From: the human T2T-CHM13v2.0 reference genome, Homo sapiens
Length of the DNA: 64,000 nt
Strand: one strand, 5' to 3'
Assembly: GCF_009914755.1 (NCBI RefSeq)
Contig: NC_060932.1
Positions 1-12,554 of the stretch are shown one piece after another. The notes under the pieces are model-generated. The model saw only the letters and a program-made list of their open reading frames with translations. It did not search any database and was not told where the DNA came from. The translations under genes were made by a program, and so were the position numbers. Position 1 is the stretch's first letter. Every line of letters starts with the position of its first letter.

Positions 1-18
1 TTAAAAAAACTATAACTA

Positions 19-341
19 GGCCAGGTGCCCTGGCTCATGACTGTAATCCCAGCACTTCGGCTGGGTGGGAGGAGGCGGAGTTGGGAGGATTGCTAGACGC
101 CAGGAGTTTGACACCAGCCCGGGCAACAGAGCACATAGCATGACCCCGTTTCTGCAAAAAAAAATTAAAATATTAGCCAGGCATTGTATTCCTGCCTGCA
201 GTCCCAGCTACCTGGGAGGATGAGGTGGAAAGATCGCTTGAGCCCAGGAGTATGAGGCTACAGTGTGCTGTGATTGCATCACTGCACTGTAGTCTGAGTG
301 ACAGAATGAGACTCTGTCTCTAAAAATATAAAAATAAAAAA
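19..341 (+). mobile_element. Alu (AluJ-like, diverged)
   Basis: GGCCAGGTG...TGTAATCCCAGCAC start, A-rich linker, second arm with GAGCCCAGGAG, A-rich tail. Confidence 0.95.
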
Positions 342-344
342 GTC

Positions 345-1200
345 TTTACTGGAAAAAGTAAATGACTTATAAGACTAGATAGATAATCTCAGAGAGATGG
401 AAACTATAAAAAAAAGAAAATATTTTAACTCAAAAACAATAGCAACAAAAATGCTCCAGCCTCATTAGCATATTTGACATAGTTGAGTAAAGAGTAGCTA
501 ACTTGAAAAAAGTCAACAAAAGTTGACTCAAAGAGAACTGAATTAAAATAATAATAATAAACAGATATCCAAGAAATGTGGGAAAATGGCAAAAGTTGTG
601 ATGTGTACCTAGTTAAAAACAGAAACTGGCAGAATAAATATTTAAAGAAATAAACAATGGCTTTTTTATAGAAGCAATAAAGGAAATAAAAGTTTCCAAA
701 ATTCAAATATCAAGCTAAAACTCTGAGGAGCTTAGAAACACCAAGCAAGATAAATACCAAAAACTGCATCTATGCATGACATATTCAAACTGCAGAAAAA
801 CAAAGACAAAGAGATATCCTTGAAGTCAGTCAAAAGGAAAGAAAAAAGAAAAAAAGATAAACTTATCTACAGAGGAACAAGGATAAGAATTACACTGAAC
901 TTCTCATTAGAAACCATGCAAGCAGAAAGAAAACAGAGTGAATTATTTAAAATACTAAAAGGGAAAAACTGCCAATCTAGAATTCTACACCCAGTGAAGT
1001 TGACTTCAAAGGTGAAAGAGAAATAGACTTTCTCAGACAAACAAAAACTGAGGCAAAATAAACATAACTAAGAAAATTCTTCCGGCAGAAAGAAATGCAA
1101 TAGGTCAGAAACTGGGATCTATACAAACAAGGAATGAACATCATACAAAAAATTGAGAGAATAATCTTTTATTTTTCTTATTTTTAAGTTCTCTAAAATT
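345..1200 (+). mobile_element. Old L1M fragment (ORF1 region)
   Basis: ORF 772-1026 reads IRITLNFSLETMQAERK...FKILKGKNCQSRILHPVKL, like the L1 ORF1p C-terminus. Confidence 0.8.
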
Positions 1201-1575
1201 CTAATGAGAAAAGGAAATACAGTGCAAACTTTAAAACTAACAAGTTGATTGAACCTGGACTATATGGAATGGGAATCAAATAGGAAGGAATAATATATTC
1301 TAAGTGATGTTTTTCAGAAAAAGATCATCAAAAATAAGAGAAACTATTTAGTAAATCTGTAAAAAGGTATTTGTAGTCCCTCTTGTTCTGGGTTCTCTGT
1401 TTTAACTGCCATCGGGTCAGGTCTGTGGAATGAGTTATGAAATGAGCATGGGTCTAAATGAGAAGATGACCATGCCCCACAGGCAGACTGGCACGCTGAG
1501 CTCCAGCATTAAAGGACTTATTGAAAAACTTATAGTAGAGTAGAGGAAACTAGAACAAACTACCAGAGAAGTTCA

Positions 1576-2005
<430 letters not shown>

Positions 2006-3649
2006 TTATCTTTGTGGGAAACTTAAGACCATTAACTGATATAGTTTCTTTACCTAGAGATGGAATTACCTACAACAGTGATATCTTTTTATGAAATCAA
2101 GCTTCACCAAAAGAGAAAGATAACTATTTTAATGATAGTTTAAAATTGTATATATTCTATTTTAACCTATCATTAAAAAACCAGCCAAGTATCCTGCGGT
2201 TTAAGAAAAACAGAGCGTAAGAGGAGCACAGTTAAATATCTATGATGTGTCTAAAGAAATAGTATATGAAAAGTCGATTAAGATAGTAGGATTTTTAAGT
2301 GATATAGATATAAAAATATTCTCACTTATGATATAATGTTGTTAAACATCTATAAGATTTTTCCACTTTTATTATTTACTAATATGCTTTTGGTAATAAC
2401 AGCTGTAAACTACATTTGGAAAATAAAATTTTCTCTCTATGCAAGTTGTGTATCCCATCAACATAGCCAACAATCTGTGGCATATGGGAAAATCACTGAC
2501 TTGTGGTCTAAAAACCTGAATTCTAATTGTGTTCTGCTACTAACTTATCTTGTGATTTTGAGAAATTCAGTTCTGTCTCAAATATCTAGTTCTTTTTCAA
2601 CATTTAGCTCTTAAGTGTATCAACTGAAAAACAAAACAAAGAAAACACAGAAGAATTCAGCTAGATGATGCCCAATGTCCCTTCCAGCATGATATGAAAA
2701 TGCTTTCAGGAAAATGAAAGTTAACATCATCCCAGGAACCCAGTATTACTGCAAACTGCACCTGCTTTTGTAGTTGCTATCATGGAGGCTCCCATACTTT
2801 TACTTTAAGGTTGGCAAGCATGATCTTCCCCTTTGTACAGGAGGTCCCTCAGGCCCAGGGGTGAGCCTGAGCAATGACAGAAGAATATTAATTGATTCAA
2901 AATTGAACTAGACCAGGCAAGATTTCTTTTTTAATCCCTGAAAGAAATCAGAGAATTCTCTGATCTTTCAGAGATGAAATCAGGGCTGGAAAAGGAAAAT
3001 CTCCATGATGTTTAAAGAGACCGATGGGGAAAAAAGTTAGAATCATGTCTCAACTGTGTCAAGATCAATCCCTTTAATAAATGCTTTAAGCATGTAACTG
3101 GGGCCTCTGCAGCAGGATCTGGGCACCCCACTGCCTGTGTGGCACCACCCATACGATGGGCTTGTCCACAGGGATTTGCCACCTCGGTTCCTCATGGCAC
3201 CCAAGGGATTATGATGGAGTCATACCAATTGATATATGACCTAGTTTTAAATACAATCCTGTTATGACACATTGTTACATACACTCCCTAACATGACATC
3301 TAGTCGTTTTCATCCTCTGAAAAGCTGTTTTCTTGTAATGAAAACAGATAACTTCAAAGCACATAATAGGTATACAATAAATAGTAGATCTTATTAAATT
3401 AAAGTTAAAATTAAAGTTCTTGCTGAGAAACATGTTGTAGAACTTGGAAATAAATTTTTATGGCTGGCATGTCATTGGCAATTGGCTTGGTAGCCTCCTT
3501 TTTCTCTAAAAGGGCAATACATTTAAACAGTTATAATAGCTTTCAAAAACCACTTCCTAAATCTCTTTTTCTAAGCTTTGTGAAATACCATCACAAATCT
3601 CAAAATTTAGGCAAATCTTTCCACCTAATATGGAGTGAAGCACAAAACA

Positions 3650-4014
3650 TAAATGTATAAAATTCAGTTTTTATTTTAGATGTGAAACTTTTCTTATGAT
3701 GCCACCATTAAGTAAAAAAAAAGATTTCTATAAAATAAGTAATTCTTAATTAATTTTTTACTTATCTTTCAAAAGGTATCTTTTGAACAGTTTGAATGTG
3801 TCAGGAAAATGCATCTTTTACTTTTTGTGTGTGCCTAGTTACAGAATGGGAAATCATCAAATTCTCTTCTGTGGTCACTGTTCTACTGAAATAGAAACAG
3901 CACAATTTCAGAGGAAATTGCTCTTGGGAGTTTTCCAACCCAATACTGCAATCTTGAGATTTCTGGAATCTTTGAACAAGCTTAAGGTTAGAAATGCAAA
4001 AGTTCCAAACCAAC
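3650..4014 (-). other. Candidate terminal exon of a minus-strand non-coding transcript
   Basis: Minus strand reads ttttagtgttttctAG|GTTGG (AG at 4016-4015) in unique DNA, with AATAAA at 3675-3670. Motif evidence only. Confidence 0.2.
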
Positions 4015-5313
4015 CTAGAAAACACTAAAACTGTTGACTCATACACCCTCGCCTTGCTGGAACAGGGGTGTGTTGAACTCTTCCTGATGATGTGCCATCC
4101 CAGAAGACTGAGAACTAACAGGAAGGAAGAACAATTTTAAAGCAAACACTGCTTCTCCATTTTTAAAAATTGCTAGCTAAGTGTATGTGTCACCTTTATT
4201 TAAAAAAAAAAAATCTCTTTAAAATCTTCACACATCACTTTCCCCACAACAGGAAAAGTGCAGGAAAGCTCTGCAAAGCCTTATTTACTTTTCCTCTGAC
4301 CCGCTCATGATTTCTAATGGCATTGTCATTTTTGTGAAGATTACATATTCTTTAAATGGGTAGATTTTATGGTATGTAAATTATAGCTGTTCAACAAAGC
4401 TGTTAAAATGATAAATGGGTTAAGAAAAATTCAAACGATACAGAAAAGTGCATTAACAAACCCTAAAAACCCAACTGTCCAGTAATTACCACGTGTAACA
4501 TTTGTCACTGCCCCTCGGTCTGCTTCGCTCTCTATCTGTAATCACACACATTCAGAAACGTGTCTCCAACTTAATATAACATCTCTTTTCCCTCCTCCGT
4601 TTTGGTAAACAAAGTTCTAACATGGAGACAGAAGGAAAATCAAGTCCCAGTTAAAAGCATCAGCCTAGTCCAAAATGCTGGACAAAATAAAAAACATTCT
4701 AGTGTGGTGAGTCTGATGCTATAAATAAAAATAAAAATAAAAAACCCTAAAACCAGTGATCCTGGCTCAGGGAAGATTCTGGCAGCCTGTCTGTCCTCTT
4801 AGCAGAGCAACCCCTGAGCACTAAAGGAACCAGAGCATGTCCGTGGTCAGCGGTCGCGATGATGGCAAGCAGACAGCAGGACCAGGGGACAGCTCGTCAC
4901 CCAGGAAATGTGCAGGCCAGAACTCCATGGTGAACCCTCCCACATATTTGCCCTAAAGACACAAACACTGGTTGAACGGAGTTGTGGCAAATAAGAAAGA
5001 GGAAAACCCAACCCAGAATACTGCGCTGTGTGTCAAATGGCATGCTCACTCATACGGTTCTTGTTAGGGGGAAATGCTGCTGAAACTGCAGAAATTTTTC
5101 CATCTGAAATTTTTTGCATGTATAGTTTTTTCCCCCTCACCGAAATGAAAATGTCACTGAAATGCCATCATTTTACTATAATCTGTCCTCAGAATGTTCC
5201 CAATGTGTGTGTGTCAATCACAGGAGTGCTGGATCATCCAGGACAGACAGGTGGACGCATTCTTGGTCTCTGCAGCTGGGCATGGGGCTGGCGAGGCAGG
5301 TACTGCGAGTTAA

Positions 5314-5333
5314 CAGTGCCACCTTCAGGGCAC
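5314..5333 (-). promoter_or_regulatory. Possible CTCF motif
   Basis: Minus strand GTGCCCTGAAGGTGGCACTG has 2 mismatches to the CCASYAGRKGGC core and lies in unique, locally GC-richer DNA. Confidence 0.3.
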
Positions 5334-5799
5334 AGACGGCATAACAGAGCATATCAGCAACAGAAACAGCTCTGTTTCAGAGTGAGAAATCTTCCCGTAC
5401 CACTAAGTAGCTGATCTGTTTTTTTTCCTTTTTTTTTTAAATTTCATTTTGTGAGACAGCCTACGAGGTCAGTGCCAATGTTGATATTCAACATATGAAG
5501 CCAATAGTGTCTAAAGGTTATGTGACAGATGGTAGCTGAGGTTATACAGCCATCTAGAAGCGATGTGAGAAAAAATGTCCAGCAGTTAAGGAAAGTTTCC
5601 ATTTGGGGTATAAAAGCTAAGGAGAGCTATTTTATCGTCTCTCCATCCAACCTCCTCCTGCCTCTGTATTTCTGTCACTAAATAATTGTTCTTCCTGTCA
5701 CTGAAGCTCTGCATTCCCAGGCACACAACACATCCCTCTGATCGAATATGTTCTTTCCTAACATGTGATGTGATGTGAGGGGCATTTGGCATGGAGTGG

Positions 5800-7100
5800 G
5801 AATTTAAAGATGCTGTTGCTAATAATGACCAGGTCACCTCAGAGAGTGCCTGGACCACCATTACCTCTCTATCCTGATGACTTTCCATTTATTCTTCCAG
5901 GTCAGCCCTGCATCTCCTGCTGCCTACCAGACATCTCCACCTGGGTGTCCGGCAGGCACTTTCACATTGGCACAGCAATGCTTCCTCCGGCCAGCCCCCT
6001 CTGTGCTCCGCCCTGGGAATAACCATCATTCACCTGGTCAACCATGAGCCTCTCTTCACCCTCCTTCCCACTCAGCCATCTGCTTCTGTGGCTTCTACCT
6101 TCTTCATATACCTCTTTCCCTTCCCCACTGCAAGGGTCTTCAATTTGACTCATTTTTAAAAAGCTTTTATTTTCCTGCCTCTCAGTTTGGATGCATGCAG
6201 CCTATTTCTTGAAGAGTTGCCAGAATATCTTCCCAAAATGAAAGTCTGTCCTCCTGATCAGCCAGACACCTGAGCTTGCCATAGAAGACCCACAATGAGC
6301 TGGGACCTACCTACATGGGTTCTTGCCTTCACACACCCCCTTCCTACCTCCTGCGAGGATGTTGTTTCAGTTCCCTACCTGCCGTGTTTTCATGATTTAG
6401 CACGTTTGCTCCCTGCCACCTCATATTTCCATTTGCTTGATAGGCTCATTTTACCTGCCTTCTACCCTCAAATTCCAATCCACACCTGGTAAATATTCAC
6501 TCCTCATTGTAGACCTCCACCAGAATGACAAGGAGAGCAAACAGGTTGTGGCATTTCATGGTTGCCAAACACTGTTCCAGCTGCTTTATATGAAGTATCC
6601 GATTTGTTCTACAACAACCCTGTGAGGTGAGTATTATTATCCACAGGAGATGTTATGGCCCAGGGCTCAGAACAGCTGTCTAAGTGGTATGACTTTTCTA
6701 AGTGTAAATACTTAAAGTGAGCTGCAGGCAGTAATGGTAGTGATTGCCAACACAGGTCTGGATCTCATAATCCTTATAACCTACATGTAGGAGAGAGAAC
6801 CATCTGCAGGAGTGTGAAGGAAGGCTAGAGTTGCCATCATGAAATTGTGCAGAGGGTGCAACAGTGGGAATCCATGATGGAGAGACAGAGGTTACTTGTA
6901 CTTAGCCTTGAAGAGAGAATCAGTCAGGGAAAATATGGAGAAAAGGAAGCTTGCTTGGAGGTTAGGAGTGTGGATCCGGGGCCCAGCTCCTGGGTTCCAG
7001 TCCTGGCTCCAACACTTACTGGCTGTTTGTGCTTGGCCAAGGAGTTTAACCTCAATGTGCCCCAGTTTCCTCATCTGTCTAATCTAGTAGTTTGTGTGTA
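5800..7100. mobile_element. Degenerate L2 and MIR fragments
   Basis: L2-like CCAGACATCTCCACCTGGGTGTCC near 5930; MIR cores ACAACCCTGTGAGG near 6615 and CCCAGTTTCCTCATCTGT near 7060. Confidence 0.6.
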
Positions 7101-7556
7101 AGATAATTTGGAAAAAGAAGAAACCAAAGGTATCAGAATTAATCAGAGGGCCATTGCAATATTACAACCAGGAGAGGATTCAAATATTAATAAAAATGGT
7201 CACTTGACTCATCCTTAAGTTATTTATACAATTACCATGAGACTGAAAACAACAGACCCCGCTTCTCCTGGCAGCTGAGAAGGTGACTCAGGGATGCAGA
7301 AAATCAAGAAACAAGTTCTACCAGCTAGTGTCATAAAGATGCAAATAATTTCACTTAAGGATATAACAAAAAAGACAAAAAGTGTGTTCACCATAGTGCT
7401 ATTTGCAAAATTTAAAAATGCGCAGATGCCCAATATATGTTTAAAATGTTTAAATGTTTAAAATGTTTTATATGAATTATAAATGTTTAAAATGAATTAT
7501 AGCACATTCATATAGTTAATAAAATATACAGCCATTAAATTGTGTTACATGTTTAA

Positions 7557-8110
7557 TGTTGTTATAGACAGCCCCTCAAAGATGTAAATGCCTTAATCTC
7601 CAAACCTGATTGTGTTACATTCCATGACAAAAGGGACTTTGCAGACGTGATTAAGATTAAGAGCTTTGAAATGAGAGATTATCTTGGATTATCTGGGTAG
7701 GTCCAATCTAATCACACCAGTTCTTAAAAGTGGAAAAGGGGGCAGAAGAGCCCATCAGGGAGATGTGGCAGAGGAAAAGGGCAGAGACTCAGATCATGGG
7801 AGGGACTCACTTTACTCTTGCTGGTTTTGAAGCTGGAAATGGGACTGCAGGCCCACGACTGCCAGCAACCTCTAGAAATTGGGTTTTTACAGCTTCCACA
7901 ACCGCAAGAAACTGAATTCTGCCCACAACGCAAGTGAGTAGGAAGCGAATTATCCCCTAAAGCATCCAGAAAGGAGCACACCCATGCTGACACTTAGATT
8001 TAGCCAGGCAAGACCCACATGGAAATTCTGACCCATGGAAATGTAAAACAACTAATTTGTATTGTTTAAGATGCTATGGTTGTGGTGATTTGTTATGGGA
8101 ACGAATATAG
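7557..8110 (+). mobile_element. MaLR solo LTR (MLT1D/E-like)
   Basis: AAAAGGGACTTTGCAGACGTGATTAAG, GAGATTATCTTGGATTATCTGGGT, and an MLT-type 3' end. Confidence 0.8.
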
Positions 8111-8299
8111 TTACAAATCTGTATATTGTTATACAGTTATAAACATTATGGACGATGTCAGGTTTTTTAAAAAGCCCAGCATCAGCACTACATAGATACT
8201 TTAACGTCAATCACATCCCAGTTGTATATACACAAGCAAGATGAAAAAGAAGTACACAAAAATATTTGTCAGAGTTTGGGGATTATGGGCATTTTCATT

Positions 8300-10095
8300 T
8301 CCTCTGGATATGTTACCCATCGTCACTCCCTCTTATCCCTTCTCCCACTCACTGTCTTTCTGGATGCTAATCCAACTGGGCTTCTGCCTCCATGTTTGCA
8401 CCTGGAGCAATAGTAATGGGTAACTAGTTTGCAAAGTCAAATGCTGCTTCCACCATCATCTTACTTGACTTATCAACAGCATTGCCCACAGGTTATTACT
8501 CCTGAAGACCTAAAAGTATTGCTTGTTGGGCTCTGGGAAGCCTCCCCTAGGACCTTGTAATTTCATTTGCCTTTTCTAAGTCTCTTTTGCTGTTTCATTC
8601 TTACCTCTCGATCTCCAGATGTCTGGGTGAATTGGGATTCAAACATTAAATCTCTTTCTTCCACTGGGTACACTCTCCCTAACCCATCTCATCCATCCTT
8701 TGAATTTAAATTGTATCCACACAATGATGACTCCCAAATATTGATCTCCCAAGAAGACTTCTACTGTGAACTCCAGATGCACACAGCCAGCTACCTGCCC
8801 CTAAACATCTGATAGCCACCTGCAGCCTAACCTGTCCAACCTGAGTTCCCAGTCTCTCCCCACAACCACACCCCTTCCATTCTTCCACATCTTGGTACAC
8901 GAAAACTCTTCTTCTAGGCCAGGCACTATGGATGTTTGTGAGGGGCTGTCCCATGCTTGGTAAGAAGTGTAGCAGCATCCCTGGCCTCTACTTACAAGAT
9001 GCCTATAGCAATCCCCCTTCCCCAGCTGTACAACCAAAAATGCATCAGCATTGTTAAATGATCCCTAGGGAGGCAACTTCCTCAACTCTCCTGTGAGGAA
9101 GCACTCATCTAGGCCAAGAGCTTTGGAGTTCTTGTGGATATAGGTTGAAGATAAAGCAGATAGACTATCAGATGATCAAGGGGAGATGTGGGGTTGGCAG
9201 CTGGGTGTGTGCATCTGGAGTTCATGGCAGAGGTCTAGTTGGGAGACCAATATTTGAGAGTCATCATTGTATGGATACAATTTAAATTCAAAAGATGGAT
9301 GAGATGGATTAGGGAGAGTATACCTAGCGGCAAAAAGGGATCTAGCGAGTGATTTCTAAGTTCTTCTCTTCTCCTTTTTGCTCACCTTATAAATCCATTT
9401 GTTCATGACATCTGTCTTCCTTACCTTCAACCTAAATCCACAGTAGAAACAGTTCTCCGCTGCTCCTCCAGGTCCCTGGCCTCTAGTCTTCCTCCTTCTC
9501 TCTTCTAAATAGATCAAAGCAGCCAGAATGATCCTTTCAAACATAAATCAGATCTGTCATTGCTCAGCTGGAAATCCCCAGTATATTTCTCCTGCTCAAA
9601 GTAGAGCCAACGTTGCTGCCATGACCACCCGGACTGCCCACTGCTGCTCAGGTGTCTCTGCGGCTCTCCACTCACCCCAGTACAGCACATCTGCCCAACC
9701 AGCTCCCTGCTTTTCCTTAAACACACAGTGCCTAGTTAGCTCCGACCTGTGGCCTCTGCGCTCACACTCTGCGTGTAGTGCTCTGTTCCTGAGGCTCCTT
9801 CGCTCCCTCCAGGCCTCAGTCCTGCTGTGAGGGCTTCCCTACACCCTATTTAACACCACATCCCACCCTTGCACCATTTCCCAGTAGCTACAACTCTCTT
9901 TCTGCTGCTGCACATATTAATGTGTTCCTTTATTTCTCTCTCCTTCCTAAAAAGGAAGAACCCTGAGGCCAGTACTTTGTTTTTTATTCACTGATTGATT
10001 TCCAGTGCCTAGAAAGAAAATGCCTAGCACAAAATAGATGCTCAGTAAATATTTTGAATGTGCACAAGAATAAATGAGTGAGTAAATGAATGAAT
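8300..10095 (+). mobile_element. L2 element, interrupted by MER20 and an inverted segment
   Basis: L2 motifs TGATGACTCCCAAAT and GCAGCCAGAATGATCCTTT; 3' end TGCCTAGCACAAAATAGATGCTCAGTAAAT...TGAATGAAT. Confidence 0.8.
8920..9106 (+). mobile_element. MER20 (hAT-Charlie MITE)
   Basis: GGGGCTGTCC...AGCAGCATCCCTGGCCTCTAC...ACAACCAAAAATG; 8-bp TSD ttctaggc / atctaggc. Confidence 0.85.
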
Positions 10096-11089
10096 TGTAA
10101 ACACAAGAAAGTCCAAATACGGAAAGTTACTGTCTGTGACTTTTAAACTTTAAAGCAGTCTGTGAGCCTCTCATCTGACACTAACAGGAAGAGGGCAGCT
10201 AAAACTTCCAGGTCTACAGGCAGAAAAATCTCCCCAACAAATGCCCCCAAAAGTGTGTCAGCTAAAGCTGTCTAGAGCTACCAAATTGCTTAACCAAGGA
10301 ATTGATTCCAGTGGAAGGAGTTATAATTTTGCCCATCAGGATGTGCCATGCATTGTAGACCAGTGATGACTGTGTCCTTCAAAATCTCCATGTTCTCTAA
10401 CGAGTCTTTGCTTGCTTGCTTGGCTCTTATTAAACCTGTTCTATTCCTCCCTCCGCCCCACTGCCCACAGCATATACTGAAGCCGGGGAGTGGATAACCT
10501 GTCCGCCAGCCATCAGCCCCTGAGGGCCACATCTGGAGCAGCTGTGGAGAATGGCATGGTGCAGAGATCTCAGGCCCTCAGCTGCTGGCCTGAATGAGAT
10601 GGGCTCAGGCCGGTCCCCAGGGAGAAGGTAGGTGCATTCTATAGCAAGTAAGGCATGAACACAGAGCTCTGTTGGGTCAGCAGAGAGATGGAGCATGAGA
10701 CACTGTGAGATGGGCTTTTTGCTGCTGTGTTGTATGTAAACCCTAACTTATACAGATCTATGGGCAAGAAGGAGCTTAAGTCAAGTGAAGAAGATAGGGA
10801 TGAGATGTGAGGAATGGTGGAGAGAATCTGAAAAGTCTTGGAGGTGATAGAAGAGGGAAGGCATTCAAAGAAAGGATGTGGATTGTCATCACACACCACA
10901 GTAGACAACACACAAGTTCAAGTATAGAAACAGGATTTGGCCATTGCCAAACTCCAATCATAAAGTAATGGTGAAGTGCTCCCCCCACCGTCATCATCCA
11001 CATTCAGTTGCAGACATCCCAAGAAGCAAGAACACTCCCCAAACACGGTTTAATGTATACCTTCTCTTGACTAAATTTTGCTACAACAG

Positions 11090-11176
11090 CTTGCAAATCG
11101 TTGTGATGGCTTCTTGTGTAGATCAAGATTATAAATTGAGGTTGCGGGTCTGGTCTGTCTACGGTGCAGAATGCAG
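11090..11176 (+). other. Candidate internal exon (plus strand)
   Basis: Acceptor ...ctaaattttgctacaacAG| and consensus donor CAG|GTAAGT; 87 nt of unique DNA; no recognisable protein. Confidence 0.25.
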
Positions 11177-12096
11177 GTAAGTATGACTAATGCAAGGCAT
11201 GCTTCTCTTAAGCTGGCTTAGTAATAGCCTTCGCATTAGAGGCACTGACACTAGAAACAACTTTTATACTTACCACTTGAGAATCAGTGGCCAGAATTAA
11301 GAAAAAAAAGAGATTGCTAAAACAGCAAAGCCTGTTATTTTTCACAGTATTATATAGTGATATTCTCATGAAGACCCAGAACTCAAAAGCAAAAGACTTC
11401 AGTTTGCATTTGGCAGTACCGTTCACCAACTGTGCAACAATGTGTGAGTGGGTGAAACTCTCTGAGACTCTGCTGCTTCTACAACCTTTCTGACAGCAAT
11501 GGTTACCTCACAGTTACTACAGCATTAATGCCACAATGTGTACAAAAACACTGCTAACAAGGATGCCTGACACCAGTGTGTGATGTTATTACTATTATTG
11601 CTATTTCAGTAGAACTGAGAGTAGCATCTCTGAGTTTGTTTGTTTGTTTGTTTGTTTGCTTTTTGGTTTTTAACTTCTCCTTTGGTAAGTCATTGGTGCA
11701 GGTTCAATTGAAAAGATGTAAGCAGAATGTAAAGGCTTCAGACAGCTTGCTAATTCAAAGTGTGGTCTCTTTGACAAAGTCTCCCCAACGAGATATTAGC
11801 CATAGTCTTCTGGTGCTGTCTCTTCTATTTTCTCCTTTCACTACCCTGGAACATGGATGCAGAGCAGCCTTCACTAAAGATATTAAAACAAATGATAGAA
11901 TAAGCTTTGTTCTCAGATGTAATCATTGAGGTACCATACTAACTCCCAAATGCCTATACCCAAACATCTTGTTGAATTAAATAAATGAACCGCTTTTTTG
12001 ATTAAGCCACAACTCTGGCTTAATGTGAAATTGAATGCAATTCTAATTGAATCAAGTAGGAAAAAAAGGAAAAGAAAAAAAAGTGTGGCCTCCTGA

Positions 12097-12546
<450 letters not shown>

Positions 12547-12554
12547 TGAGAAGA

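Noticed and set aside
4836-4856. REST/RE1-like TGTCCGTGGT
   Set aside because: Only a half-site; the GCTGAA half is absent.
12001-12024. Short inverted repeat ATTAAGCCA...TGGCTTAAT
   Set aside because: A 9-bp AT-rich stem is expected by chance in 64 kb.
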